A program made the translations under genes and the position numbers. A stretch of 64,000 bases of DNA from Candidatus Micrarchaeota archaeon. Its GTDB lineage: Archaea > Micrarchaeota > Micrarchaeia > Micrarchaeales > Micrarchaeaceae. The notes beneath the pieces were generated by a model. It worked only from the letters and a program-made list of their open reading frames with translations. It had not been told where the DNA came from and did no database searches. The stretch is from positions 5,823 to 69,822 of the forward strand of contig CAYSQH010000001.1 of the NCBI GenBank assembly GCA_964433165.1, written 5' to 3'. Position 1 is the stretch's first letter. Each line of letters opens with the position of its first letter. This document shows positions 1 to 9,120 of the stretch, piece by piece.

Positions 1-2105
1 ATCTCCTTTGTTATGGACAGTCCAAGCCCCGTCCCGGAGCCCTCCTGCTTTACGAGGCCCTTCTTCGGCGCCTCGTAGAACTTCCTGAAGAGCTTCCTCC
101 GGTCCTCGTCGCTTATCCCTATGCCGGTATCGGTGACCTCGCACTGCACGGTCTTCTTGCTCTTTGAGTATATCCTGACGCTGATGAAGCCCTTCTCGGT
201 GAACTTTATCGCGTTCCATATGAGGTTGACGAATACCTGTATCAGCTTGTTCGGATCTGCCATTATCCTAGGCACATCGGCCTCGACGTGCCAGTCGAAC
301 TCCAGGCGCTTGTTCTCCGCCGCCTCCCTCAACGACCTTATCGTCGGGTTGTTGCCCATCTCCGCAAGGTCGACCTCCCGCAGCTCAAGCTTCATCTTCT
401 GGGACTCGAGCTTCGCCGCGTCAAGGACCTGCTGTATTATCCCGAGCAGTCTGTTTGTCTCGTCCATTATGGTCGCCAGGTAGCTGAGCTGCTCCGGATT
501 CATCTCCCCGAATTCCCCTTTGTACATTAGCTTGGAGAATCCTATGATGTTCGTGAGGGGCGTCTTGAGCTCGTGGGATATGTTGTATATGAACTGCGAC
601 TTCAGGTTGCCTGTCGACGTGAGCTTGCTCACCTTGGCCTTCTCACTTGATAGTTCGTCCTCCAGGTTCTGGAGCATCCTCTTGGTCTCCAGCTCCTTGG
701 CGACTATGACGTAGTCCTTGGATTCCGTCCCGCTAAGGAGCCTTATCGAATGCGTCGTCTCGACCATCGTCCCCCCTTTCGTTATGAACGTCGCGTAGGA
801 ATTGTCGACCTTGCCCCCGTTCCTGACATACGCTATGTCCCTATCGAATATCGACGGGTCGCCGTACAGAGCCCTTACGTCCTTGCCTACAAGGTCGCTC
901 CTCTGGTAGCCCAGCATCTCCGCCGCAGGCAGGTTACAGTCGGAGACGTAGCCGGAAAGGCCCATGCGTATCACCATGTCAGAGGTGCTTGCCATGAAGT
1001 CCGTTAGGGCACTCTCAAGAGTCTTTGCGTAGCCCTCAGCTGTCGCATCGGAAAACAGCATCACGTAGCCGTTTTCCCATCCGGACATCGTGAAGCGGAG
1101 GTGCGCCGAGGTGCCCAATGAGGTGGAGAGGTCCAGCGAGCCGCGCACCATCCTCTGGCCCTTCTGCCTTTGCAGGAGCTCCGTCAGCTCCCCGCGCTGC
1201 CTGTCCGGGACGAGCGACAGCATCCCCTTGCCTATGAGCAGGTTCCTATCATACCCGGTCGCATGGACTATGCTCTCCGACGCGTCAGTTATCCTCAGGC
1301 TGTCGTCTAGGAACAATGCACCCGCATATGAACCAGCATCCATGAGGTTAAAGAGCGCCCTGAGCCGCGCCATGCCGGTGCGGTCGCGCAGGACCATGTG
1401 GAAGACCTTCTCGCTCGCCTGCCCAGCAGACAGTTCGTATGTCTTTATCGTGCTGCCGTCCTTTATCTGGACCTCCTGCGACTTGCCGGATTTGGAGAGC
1501 CCTGGAAGCTGCTCAGGCCTTATCCACATCATGTCCGATATACTCTTCCTTCCAGGGAACAGCCTGAGCGCCGCGTCGTTGGACTTTATTATGCGCCCGT
1601 CTATCGATACTAGCATTTGGGGATCCGCGCCGTTGAATGCGCTGCTGAAGTATCCGGCAAGCCTCATGCTCTTTTCGGTTTCCCTCCTGTAGTTAAGCGC
1701 AAGCACGCCCATGTATGCGCCGAAGAATATCCAGTCCAATGCCCCCTGGCTGAACTTGTTCTCCGATGTGGAGAGCATCTCGACTATTGACACTACCCTT
1801 CCGCCTATGACCACCGGGACCGCAGCGCAGCTCCTGAACCCCCTGCTCCTGAACTCTATGAGCTCAGGGAAGGAGGAGTACTCGCTGAGCTCGTTGTCTA
1901 TGAATGTCTTCTTGGTGTTGTACAGGTATTCGTATAGGCCGCTCCTCCCGTCGGCGTCATAGCTCCTTATCGCAACGCGCTCTATGCCAAAGGAATCCCC
2001 TATGACCCTGGAGATGCTCTGCTCGGCCTGGCCATCGGCGACGGCGTTGCCTACGGCAAAGACCAGTTCCTGAAGCATCTTCCCCATCTGGGGGCTCTCA
2101 TCCAT
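1..2105 (-). CDS. sensor histidine kinase (GAF-PAS-PAS-HisKA-HATPase_c), C-terminus cut by window edge
   Basis: The minus-strand frame is open from the ATG at 2105 to position 1. It is absent from the ORF track because there is no stop in the window. Manual translation gives the H-box ISHELKTPLTNIIGFSKLM, the N-box VNLIWNAIKFT, and the G-boxes DTGIGI and GTGLGLSITKE. The N-terminal region is GAF-like, followed by two PAS-like segments. No TM helix was seen. Confidence 0.85.
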   Translation of the reverse strand, partial: MDESPQMGKMLQELVFAVGNAVADGQAEQSISRVIGDSFGIERVAIRSYDADGRSGLYEYLYNTKKTFIDNELSEYSSFPELIEFRSRGFRSCAAVPVVIGGRVVSIVEMLSTSENKFSQGALDWIFFGAYMGVLALNYRRETEKSMRLAGYFSSAFNGADPQMLVSIDGRIIKSNDAALRLFPGRKSISDMMWIRPEQLPGLSKSGKSQEVQIKDGSTIKTYELSAGQASEKVFHMVLRDRTGMARLRALFNLMDAGSYAGALFLDDSLRITDASESIVHATGYDRNLLIGKGMLSLVPDRQRGELTELLQRQKGQRMVRGSLDLSTSLGTSAHLRFTMSGWENGYVMLFSDATAEGYAKTLESALTDFMASTSDMVIRMGLSGYVSDCNLPAAEMLGYQRSDLVGKDVRALYGDPSIFDRDIAYVRNGGKVDNSYATFITKGGTMVETTHSIRLLSGTESKDYVIVAKELETKRMLQNLEDELSSEKAKVSKLTSTGNLKSQFIYNISHELKTPLTNIIGFSKLMYKGEFGEMNPEQLSYLATIMDETNRLLGIIQQVLDAAKLESQKMKLELREVDLAEMGNNPTIRSLREAAENKRLEFDWHVEADVPRIMADPNKLIQVFVNLIWNAIKFTEKGFISVRIYSKSKKTVQCEVTDTGIGISDEDRRKLFRKFYEAPKKGLVKQEGSGTGLGLSITKE

Positions 2106-2220
2106 CAGATCACACCAAATCAGATACATATTGAACAAATCCATAGGGATGTACGTGCATACCGTATTTCCCATGTAAGATTATTAAAGATTCATCGAGA
2201 ATCTATTACTGGGTGGGATT

Positions 2221-2610
2221 ATGGATAGCTTTAGGGGTCTTGTGTCGGAGTCCGTGAGGAACTTCCGGAGTGCGAAAAGATACAGGGAGCTGAGGGAATA
2301 CGTTACCGCGGCATTCCTGTACGGCAAGTCTATAGAAATGGCACTGCGCGCCCTGTTCGTGAAGAGGGTCAGGAGGCAGCCGCCCAGGGAGGCATCCCTG
2401 GAGTACCTTGCAAGGGGCGCGGTGCTGCCCGAGGTGGTTTATGTGTACCTCAGGTCCCTGGACGGGGATGGCGATTCGACGGACGCGGAGATGGAGGCAT
2501 ACGGAATTCCTAGCATAGTGGGCGATGGCGGACGCGCGGATGCCGGGCGCACAACGTACCTCGACGGGCTTGCGAAGAGGCTGCTGGATTACATAACCGC
2601 ATACTCCTGA
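2221..2610 (+). CDS. HEPN-like small helical protein (no His, so no RxxxxH motif)
   Basis: 129-aa ORF preceded by GGGTGGG. The helix pattern AAFLYGKSIEMALRALFVKRV resembles the HEPN family core (..A.EkalKAll..). The protein contains no histidine at all. Confidence 0.4.
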   Translation: MDSFRGLVSESVRNFRSAKRYRELREYVTAAFLYGKSIEMALRALFVKRVRRQPPREASLEYLARGAVLPEVVYVYLRSLDGDGDSTDAEMEAYGIPSIVGDGGRADAGRTTYLDGLAKRLLDYITAYS

Positions 2611-2666
2611 CAGGGCTCGGACATGCTTAACATGCTTATTAAGCTTGCCGCAGGATAATTCCTCTT

Positions 2667-3329
2667 ATGGAGTTCAGGGAATTGTTCGAGGGCGTTTACA
2701 GGATAGACGGGAAACTGGCAACGGAGAGCATGGCAAAAGGCATCAGGGTATACAACGAGGATTCGATAGTCCATTCGGGAAGGGAGTACAGGACATGGAA
2801 CCCGTACAGGAGCAAGCTCTCCGCTGCGCTGCTGAACGGAATGAAAAACATGAACATATCCAAGAACGGAGATGTGCTTTACCTCGGGGCTGCTACGGGA
2901 ACCACGGTGAGCCACGTGAGCGACATAGTCGGCCATAAGGGCAGGGTGTACGCGATAGAGCTCTCCGAAAGGAACATGAGGAGCCTCATAGAGGTGTGCG
3001 CGCACAGGAAGAACGTGCTGCCGGTTCTTGCCGATGCCTCGGACAGCTCCGCATACTCGGAATACATAGATGGCGAATGCGACGCGATATACCAGGACGT
3101 ATCAGCCAAGAAGCAGGCGGGCATACTTCTGGAGAACAGCAGGTTCCTCAAGAGGGGAGGCTATGCCTACTTCGTGATAAAGTCGCAGAGCATAGACATA
3201 TCCGCGGATCCGAAGGACGTATACAAGTCGGAGCTCGGGAAGCTGGATGGCGCCTTCGAGGTGGTCGAGAGGCTCAGCCTCGAGCCGTATGACAGCATGC
3301 ACCTTTTTGCTGTGCTTAAAAAGGTTTAG
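2667..3329 (+). CDS. flpA: fibrillarin, rRNA/tRNA 2'-O-methyltransferase
   Basis: Contains YRTWNPYRSKLSAALL, VLYLGAATGTTVSHVSDIV and AIYQDVSAKKQA, which are typical fibrillarin SAM-MTase motifs. Length is 220 aa. Confidence 0.95.
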   Translation: MEFRELFEGVYRIDGKLATESMAKGIRVYNEDSIVHSGREYRTWNPYRSKLSAALLNGMKNMNISKNGDVLYLGAATGTTVSHVSDIVGHKGRVYAIELSERNMRSLIEVCAHRKNVLPVLADASDSSAYSEYIDGECDAIYQDVSAKKQAGILLENSRFLKRGGYAYFVIKSQSIDISADPKDVYKSELGKLDGAFEVVERLSLEPYDSMHLFAVLKKV

Positions 3330-3343
3330 GTGGAAATTAGATT

Positions 3344-4174
3344 ATGCCAATGAAGAACGGTTCGTATTACGTTTCGCTGCTGCATGGCTTCAAGGGCCAT
3401 AGGGTCATGTGCGAGTTCTGCGGCACGGAGACCGCATCCGAAGGGGACATCTGCATATGCTCCGGCTGCGAATGCCTCGCCGCGGCAAGCAGGGAGGGGC
3501 TTGAGGCGAAGGACCACGAGCTGCTGGGCGCACTTGACGGCATAAGAAAATCCACCGAATCCAAGAATTTCGCCGCGGCTGCAGCCGCGTATAATGCGCT
3601 GACGGAAAGCAAAAAGGAGGTGCAGCTTGACTACGCCGCAGCGGTCGCATACATACGCGCATCCAACAGCGAGCTCATGGAGATAAACTACATGAGAGAG
3701 GGATTCATGGAGGAAAACCCGAAGCACAGGGTTAGGTCGGAGAAGCTCATGCTCTCGGCCAAGAATCTCCTGGCTAGGGCGATAGCTACGGCCGAGGCGG
3801 AGGCGGCGGATGGGGAGGCATCCACCGGCTCCATGTACGGAAGGTTCCTTGCCATGCTGAAGATGGACATGGCAAGGGGAGCGGCGCAGGCGGCGAAGGA
3901 GCTCGAGAAGTCGGGCAATAAGTTCGTGTCCAGATATGCGAATATGCTTCTGCTATCGCACAGAGGCGACTACAAGGGCCTTCTTGCAAGCGCGGATGAG
4001 TTCACCGAGAAGGGCAATTTCTCCACGAATGCATTCTACTACGTGGCCTATGCGCTCTTCAGGCTCGGAAAGGCAAAGGAGGCGAAGGTCGTCATGGAGG
4101 CGCTAAAGGGGCTGATGTCCAACGTGAACTCAGAGGCACTGCTCTTCGAGATAAACGCATCGCTCTCTATCTAG
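3344..4174 (+). CDS. hypothetical protein with an N-terminal Cys cluster (CEFCG..CICSGCEC) and a helical repeat-like C-terminal part
   Basis: 276-aa ORF lying close downstream of flpA. No recognisable catalytic motif. Confidence 0.55.
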   Translation: MPMKNGSYYVSLLHGFKGHRVMCEFCGTETASEGDICICSGCECLAAASREGLEAKDHELLGALDGIRKSTESKNFAAAAAAYNALTESKKEVQLDYAAAVAYIRASNSELMEINYMREGFMEENPKHRVRSEKLMLSAKNLLARAIATAEAEAADGEASTGSMYGRFLAMLKMDMARGAAQAAKELEKSGNKFVSRYANMLLLSHRGDYKGLLASADEFTEKGNFSTNAFYYVAYALFRLGKAKEAKVVMEALKGLMSNVNSEALLFEINASLSI

Positions 4175-5876
4175 AAATGAAGATGAACCGCATCTCGTAC
4201 TTGTCATCCATTATGCAGAAGCCAAACCTTTCTAGCTGGACTATCTCCCCGTCCCGCAGGGAGGAGGCATAGGATTCTATGAGCCCCTCGCTCATAGTCA
4301 TGCTACTGTCCAGAAAGTTTCCCTCCGAGCCAACGACGTCGCCTGGGATCAGTATCCTGCAGCGCATCGAGTCCTTTTCTGTGACCCACTGCATGTTCCT
4401 CGCGCTTTCCTCCTTCGTCCTGGCTCCGGTTATCATCCCATCGGCCCGGTGCGCCATTACGTTGAACAGGCCCTTGAGGCCTATCACTTCCTCTCCGTTT
4501 ATCGAATGCGCGTCGGGGCCGCTTATGAACAGCCTGCCGTCCACATCGTACATCCTGGCGCCGAAGTCCTTCGATGGATGCATCCTGAGCATTATCTCCA
4601 TGGGCTCCATCGGTACATTAAGCCTTTCAGGGTTCTCGACATAGTACAGCCTCTTCGATATCGGGTCTATTATACTCTTGTTGTACGCGAGCAGCTTCGA
4701 GATGTCCGTGCTGCTCTCCACCATGCTCATGCCGAACCCTAGGACGAATCTACGTATCGCCTCGGGCATTATACCCCTGCGGCGAAGCGCCGCTATCGTC
4801 ACAAGCCGCGGATCGTCGTATCCGCCTATCAGCCTCTCGCTTATCAGCCTGCGTATCTCGCGCTTCTGCTTGGGCTGGCCCTTTATCGACAGCCTTGCAT
4901 GCAGGTGCACCCGAGGCTTCCTCATCCCAAGGTAGTCAAGCACCATGTCGTACAGGACGCCCCTCAGGTCATATTCCCTGGTCCTTATAGCATCTGTTAC
5001 CCCGTTGGCGGAGTCGTTTATCGGGGTATTGAAATCATATGTGGGCCACACGATGTATTTGCCACCCTGCCTGTAGTGGTGGTGCCTCTTCAGCCTCAGC
5101 ATCGTAGGGTCCCTGAGCGTGGTGTTATCCGAGCCCATGTCGCCCTTCAGTCTTATCGCTATCCTTTCCTCATCGTATTTCCCATCCAGCATCATCTGGA
5201 ACCTCTCGAGGTTCGTTTCAGGGGCATTGGACCTGTGCAGGCACTCCCTGCCGTCGAACCTGTTGCGCTTCGCCTCATCTCCAGTGCACTCGCACGCATA
5301 GGCCTTGCCCTCCTTGAGGAGCCTCCTCGCGCAGTCGTATATCATAGCCATGTTGTCGCTGGCGTAGTACTCCCTGTCGAAAGATATCCCAAGCCATTCA
5401 AGGTCCCTCTTGATTGAATCTACGAACTCCTGGGATTCCTTCTCGGGATTGGTGTCGTCGAAATAGAGGAAGGTCTTGCCTTCGTATATGCCTGCGAACT
5501 CCTTCGCCAGGAAGGCGGCGTTTGCATGGCCTATGTGTATGTATCCGCTCGGCTCCGGGGCGAACCTCGTGGCGAATGCCCCCCTCACCGCCCCGTAGAG
5601 CTCCATACGGGGCTTCGACGTGGCTGCAGCCTTAATCTCCTGCTGCTTCTCGAACTCCATCGAATAAGCCGAATACTCGCTCTCGAGGCCGTCCCTAGGT
5701 AGGGAGTTGACCTCGTCCACTATGGCACTCACCTCCGACTCCAGCTCCCTCATCGAGTCCTTTGGCACCAGCTTGGCTACCTTCGCCAGAACGTTTCCCG
5801 GTCTTGCACTCCCGTAGTCCATCGCGTTCTTGAGCGCATATTTGCGTATCTGCCCCTTCACCGTTTCTGGTATCAT
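4167..5876 (-). CDS. gltX: glutamyl-tRNA synthetase (archaeal/eukaryotic type)
   Basis: RFAPEPSGYIHIGHANAAF (HIGH motif) and class I GluRS/GlnRS architecture. Length is 569 aa. Confidence 0.93.
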   Translation of the reverse strand: MIPETVKGQIRKYALKNAMDYGSARPGNVLAKVAKLVPKDSMRELESEVSAIVDEVNSLPRDGLESEYSAYSMEFEKQQEIKAAATSKPRMELYGAVRGAFATRFAPEPSGYIHIGHANAAFLAKEFAGIYEGKTFLYFDDTNPEKESQEFVDSIKRDLEWLGISFDREYYASDNMAMIYDCARRLLKEGKAYACECTGDEAKRNRFDGRECLHRSNAPETNLERFQMMLDGKYDEERIAIRLKGDMGSDNTTLRDPTMLRLKRHHHYRQGGKYIVWPTYDFNTPINDSANGVTDAIRTREYDLRGVLYDMVLDYLGMRKPRVHLHARLSIKGQPKQKREIRRLISERLIGGYDDPRLVTIAALRRRGIMPEAIRRFVLGFGMSMVESSTDISKLLAYNKSIIDPISKRLYYVENPERLNVPMEPMEIMLRMHPSKDFGARMYDVDGRLFISGPDAHSINGEEVIGLKGLFNVMAHRADGMITGARTKEESARNMQWVTEKDSMRCRILIPGDVVGSEGNFLDSSMTMSEGLIESYASSLRDGEIVQLERFGFCIMDDKYEMRFIFISR

Positions 5877-5877
5877 T

Positions 5878-6480
5878 TCACGTACCTGGATACGACACCC
5901 TGAACTGGTTGTCGTATACGACGCCCGTACTGCCGACGAGCGCCGATACGGTCAGGTTTGCCTTGGCCCCAACCTTCGGGACATTGCCTATGAATACGGT
6001 CTGGTTCGTGCTCGGCACGACGACGGTGACCGGCTCCTTGGAGTAGTAGAGCGTCACGGTGCTTGGCAGGATCAGGTAGGTCGCCGCGCCTACGCTCACC
6101 GAGTTGCCCGCGGCCATAGCCACCTCCTGTCCAAGCGAGTAAGCGGATAGGTTGTAAAGGGCGACCTGGTAGCCGTATCCCGTGGATATGTAGCTGTCCA
6201 CGAGGCCGTTGGCCTCAAGGGACGACAGCACGTTCCCGGCAATGCCCTTCTGGGACGCATTGACCGTCAGGTTGGCCAGGCTGCCGTATCCGCTTACAGT
6301 CCCGTTGACCGAGCCGGTAACGAATACAGTCTGCACCGGCCTCACCGTGGTTGTCGTCGATCCTTGGGCGGAGGTGTTGTTGTTGCCAAATGCCAGGTAC
6401 GATGACAGGAATATCACAGCGACAAACAGGGAGCCTATGAAAAACACAATCTTTTTCGTCTTTTCTTCCATGCAAAGCAC
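5878..6480 (-). CDS. N-terminally anchored Ser/Thr/Val-rich extracellular protein with many N-x-S/T sequons
   Basis: Signal-anchor IVFFIGSLFVAVIFLSSYLAF followed by a TTTT linker. Sequons include NNTS, NGT, NLT, NAS, NLS and NQT. Its stop abuts the gltX start with a 1-nt gap. Confidence 0.6.
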   Translation of the reverse strand: MLCMEEKTKKIVFFIGSLFVAVIFLSSYLAFGNNNTSAQGSTTTTVRPVQTVFVTGSVNGTVSGYGSLANLTVNASQKGIAGNVLSSLEANGLVDSYISTGYGYQVALYNLSAYSLGQEVAMAAGNSVSVGAATYLILPSTVTLYYSKEPVTVVVPSTNQTVFIGNVPKVGAKANLTVSALVGSTGVVYDNQFRVSYPGT

Positions 6481-6568
6481 TGTTATTACGTCTGTTTCCT
6501 TTCAAAAGTATTTTATTAATTGGATTTATAATCATTCTGCTAAAAGCTACAAAACTGTGGGTAATGAC

Positions 6569-7297
6569 ATGACTTTCAAAGACGGAGACTTTCTGGAAAT
6601 AGAATACAGCGCATGGGCAGCCGCCGACGGCAGGCTGATATCTACGACTGACGAGAAGAGCGCCAAGGCTGCGGGAATACACAACGAGAAGGCCCATTAT
6701 GGACCGGTGCTTGTGATAATAGGATCGAACAGCGTGATCAGGGGGCTTGACAGGGAGCTCAGGGCAATGTCTGCTGGCGGAAGCAGGAAGATGACCTTCA
6801 AGCCGGAGGATGCGTTTGGGGACAGGCAGCAGGACCTGGTCAGGATAATGCCGTTATCGGAATTCAGGAAGCGCGACATGGAGCCGTACCTTGGGATGCA
6901 GGTAGACATAGACAACACGACCGCAACTGTAAAGAGCATAACCTCCGGGCGCGTAACCGTTGACATGAACCACCCGTATGCAGGGCAGGAAATAACATAC
7001 GAGGTAAAGGTAATCAAGGCGCTGGATTCCGAGAATGACAGGCTTGCTGCCCTTGGCAGGACCTATGGGGTCGAGCCGTCATCCTCCGAGACGAAGGGCG
7101 ATTCGATGTCCGTCAGGTATGCCAACAAGGTAAGGAAGAACGCCGACTACTTCATAGGCAAGGCGAACATGATAGCCTCGGTATTCACGTACTTCAAGGG
7201 CATCGAGAGGGTAGAGGTCACGGAGGAGTACCTCAGACCAAAGGAGAACCCCGAAAGCGAGAAGGAGAATGATGCGGAAAAGGCAGCCGAGGAATAA
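6569..7297 (+). CDS. FKBP-type peptidyl-prolyl cis-trans isomerase (long archaeal SlyD-like type)
   Basis: The true start is the internal ATG at 6569 (MTFKDGDFLEIEYSAW). The listed ORF from 6209 overlaps the opposite-strand gene. Motifs are VIRGLDRELRAMSAGG and VDMNHPYAGQEITYEVKV. Confidence 0.85.
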   Translation: MTFKDGDFLEIEYSAWAAADGRLISTTDEKSAKAAGIHNEKAHYGPVLVIIGSNSVIRGLDRELRAMSAGGSRKMTFKPEDAFGDRQQDLVRIMPLSEFRKRDMEPYLGMQVDIDNTTATVKSITSGRVTVDMNHPYAGQEITYEVKVIKALDSENDRLAALGRTYGVEPSSSETKGDSMSVRYANKVRKNADYFIGKANMIASVFTYFKGIERVEVTEEYLRPKENPESEKENDAEKAAEE

Positions 7298-7331
7298 TAA
7301 TCCTCGCGCGCCCCGCGAATGAGCATTGGGT

Positions 7332-7523
7332 TCAGCCGCGTATGTTTATAGCGTAGGTGCTGTTCATCTTTACGCCGAGCTGCTTTGCTATCGCGGACTT
7401 CTCAGAATTGAGTATTATCGCGTAGCTGCTCCACCTGTTGGTCAGCTCCTTGCCTCCGCAGTTGGGGCAGGCGTCCCCATGGCTTATGACCAGTTTGCAG
7501 TTCTTACATGCTTTTTCCTCCAT
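7332..7523 (-). CDS. spt4: transcription elongation factor Spt4 (RpoE2)
   Basis: 63 aa with the zinc ribbon CKNC..CPNCG. It lies immediately downstream of Rpo7, as in the conserved archaeal cluster. Confidence 0.9.
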   Translation of the reverse strand: MEEKACKNCKLVISHGDACPNCGGKELTNRWSSYAIILNSEKSAIAKQLGVKMNSTYAINIRG

Positions 7524-7532
7524 ATTACCACG

Positions 7533-8129
7533 TTATCTTCGCTTCCTGTTTTGCCTTCCGCCATTCTGCTGAGCCCTGGACTTCATGCGGTCCCCTTCGG
7601 TTATCCACTCAGGCTTGCCCAGTCCTTCCGGCTTCATCGTAAGCGCTATCTTCGAATCCTTGACGGAATTCTTCATGCTTACCGTGGATATCTTGGCAAG
7701 CACCGAGTCCCCCTTCTTCAGGCTCCTTCCGCTGCGCTTGGACACGAATGCAGGTATTTTCCTATCGAATGAGAGGAAGTCGTTTGTTATCTGGGATACG
7801 TGGACAAGTCCGTCTATCGGACCTATCCTTATGAATGCGCCGAATTCCGCCAGCTCCGTTACCTCCCCTGCCACAACCTCCTCGACGAAGGGAAGGTATG
7901 TGAGCATGTCGAATTCAACATCATGGTGTGTCGACGGGTCTCCAGGGTATATCGTGCCGTCGCTTATCCCGTGGACCTTGAACACGGAAACGATTACGCC
8001 AAGGCTCTTGTCTATAGTGCCCTCGTACTTCCTCTTCAGTATCTCCGAAGCCACATCCTCGATGTCCTTGTCGAAATACTCCGGTGGCATCTTGAATGTG
8101 TCCTTTACGCTGTGTATGTAGTACATCAT
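7533..8129 (-). CDS. rpoE: RNA polymerase subunit Rpo7 (RpoE1) with S1 domain
   Basis: Contains VVAGEVTELAEFGAFIRIGPIDGLVHVSQI, an S1 fold. The N-terminal part is Rpo7-like. Length is 198 aa. Confidence 0.9.
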   Translation of the reverse strand: MMYYIHSVKDTFKMPPEYFDKDIEDVASEILKRKYEGTIDKSLGVIVSVFKVHGISDGTIYPGDPSTHHDVEFDMLTYLPFVEEVVAGEVTELAEFGAFIRIGPIDGLVHVSQITNDFLSFDRKIPAFVSKRSGRSLKKGDSVLAKISTVSMKNSVKDSKIALTMKPEGLGKPEWITEGDRMKSRAQQNGGRQNRKRR

Positions 8130-8130
8130 A

Positions 8131-8517
8131 TCACTTGAGCGGCCTCATCGGCCTTATCTCTCCGCTGACGGACATCTTGAAAACGCCTACGCCCCTTGAG
8201 AGGAGCCTGCGCGCGAGGGCGGTATCGTTAGTTATGACCACCTTCCCGCGCCTGAGTGACGCATCTAGTATCCACTTATCAGCATATTCGGTTATATTAT
8301 CAACATCAATCTTTTTAGCCTTTATCTCAAGGAGGGCCAGCCTTGCCGTTGCCCCCCTCTTGCCCCTGTTTTCGGAAATCGCCCGGAGTTCAGCCAATAT
8401 GCCCTTGGAAACCAGCGGCTTTCTTGTCGGAAACTTCCTGTGCGCCGCCTCAAAAACGTTCCTGTTGTGAGAGAACCCGAACATCATGGAGCTCGTGTCC
8501 ACAATGACATGCGGCAC
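8131..8517 (-). CDS. PIN-domain protein (Fcf1-like, conserved neighbour of rpoE)
   Basis: VIVDTSSMMF at the N-terminus and VITNDTALARRL near the C-terminus. It occupies the conserved position upstream of Rpo7-Spt4. Confidence 0.7.
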   Translation of the reverse strand: MPHVIVDTSSMMFGFSHNRNVFEAAHRKFPTRKPLVSKGILAELRAISENRGKRGATARLALLEIKAKKIDVDNITEYADKWILDASLRRGKVVITNDTALARRLLSRGVGVFKMSVSGEIRPMRPLK

Positions 8518-8526
8518 CTATGCACC

Positions 8527-8967
8527 CTAGTTCCTGGCGCTCAATGCGAAGGTGCTGGAGTGCATCCGCGCATGGGCATGGGCCCTCACCTGTTCCCTCA
8601 TCGCCCTCGCCCTTGCGCTCCTGAGAAGCCTGTCAAGGTACCTATGTAGAACTAGGGCGCTACTGTGCTTGGTGTCGCTCGTTGAATATACCAGCGTTAC
8701 CGGATCCGTCGACAGAGCTATCCGCATCAGCTGCTCCACCGCCTTGCTCCCTTTAAGCTCATTCAGGTACCTCCTCTTGAATTCCGCCCACCGCTTGGGG
8801 TCGTGCATGTACCACTTGCGCAGCTCCTGCGTCGGGGCGACATTCTTAAGCCATATGTCGACGTTGGGGGTATTGCGCCGTATTCCCCTGGGCCACAGCC
8901 TTTCGACAAGCACCTTCATGCCGTCCGTAACATAGAACTTCTCGTAAACCCTCTTTATGAGTATCAT
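8527..8967 (-). CDS. DUF488-family protein
   Basis: VLVERLWPRGI, WLKNVAPTQELRKWY and FKRRYLNEL match the remembered DUF488 pattern. Confidence 0.65.
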   Translation of the reverse strand: MILIKRVYEKFYVTDGMKVLVERLWPRGIRRNTPNVDIWLKNVAPTQELRKWYMHDPKRWAEFKRRYLNELKGSKAVEQLMRIALSTDPVTLVYSTSDTKHSSALVLHRYLDRLLRSARARAMREQVRAHAHARMHSSTFALSARN

Positions 8968-9120
8968 CGGAACCAGTTATAATAAAAAGGCATTTTATTT
9001 AAATATTCTGCACAATATGCGGCAAAACGCCTATCGAAAACTGGCAGTATTCCAGAAATGTAGAAAGTTTTAAAAGCTAACTAGTCATATATAATAGGCG
9101 ACACACCGGATGGTGGAAAT

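Noticed and set aside
121-1962. Several plus-strand ORFs listed at the window start (121-483, 1090-1692, 1711-1962 and others).
   Set aside because: The minus strand is continuously open across the whole region and encodes a complete histidine kinase domain series. The plus-strand ORFs are antisense artefacts.
6209-6568. N-terminal 120 codons of the listed 362-aa ORF for the FKBP gene.
   Set aside because: This part overlaps the minus-strand membrane protein gene and has no FKBP similarity. The conserved domain begins at the internal ATG at 6569.
8131-8517. The PIN-domain protein considered as a toxin of a VapBC toxin-antitoxin module.
   Set aside because: There is no small antitoxin gene upstream. 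The gene sits in the conserved PIN-Rpo7-Spt4 housekeeping cluster, which is typical of the Fcf1-like ribosome-biogenesis PIN family.
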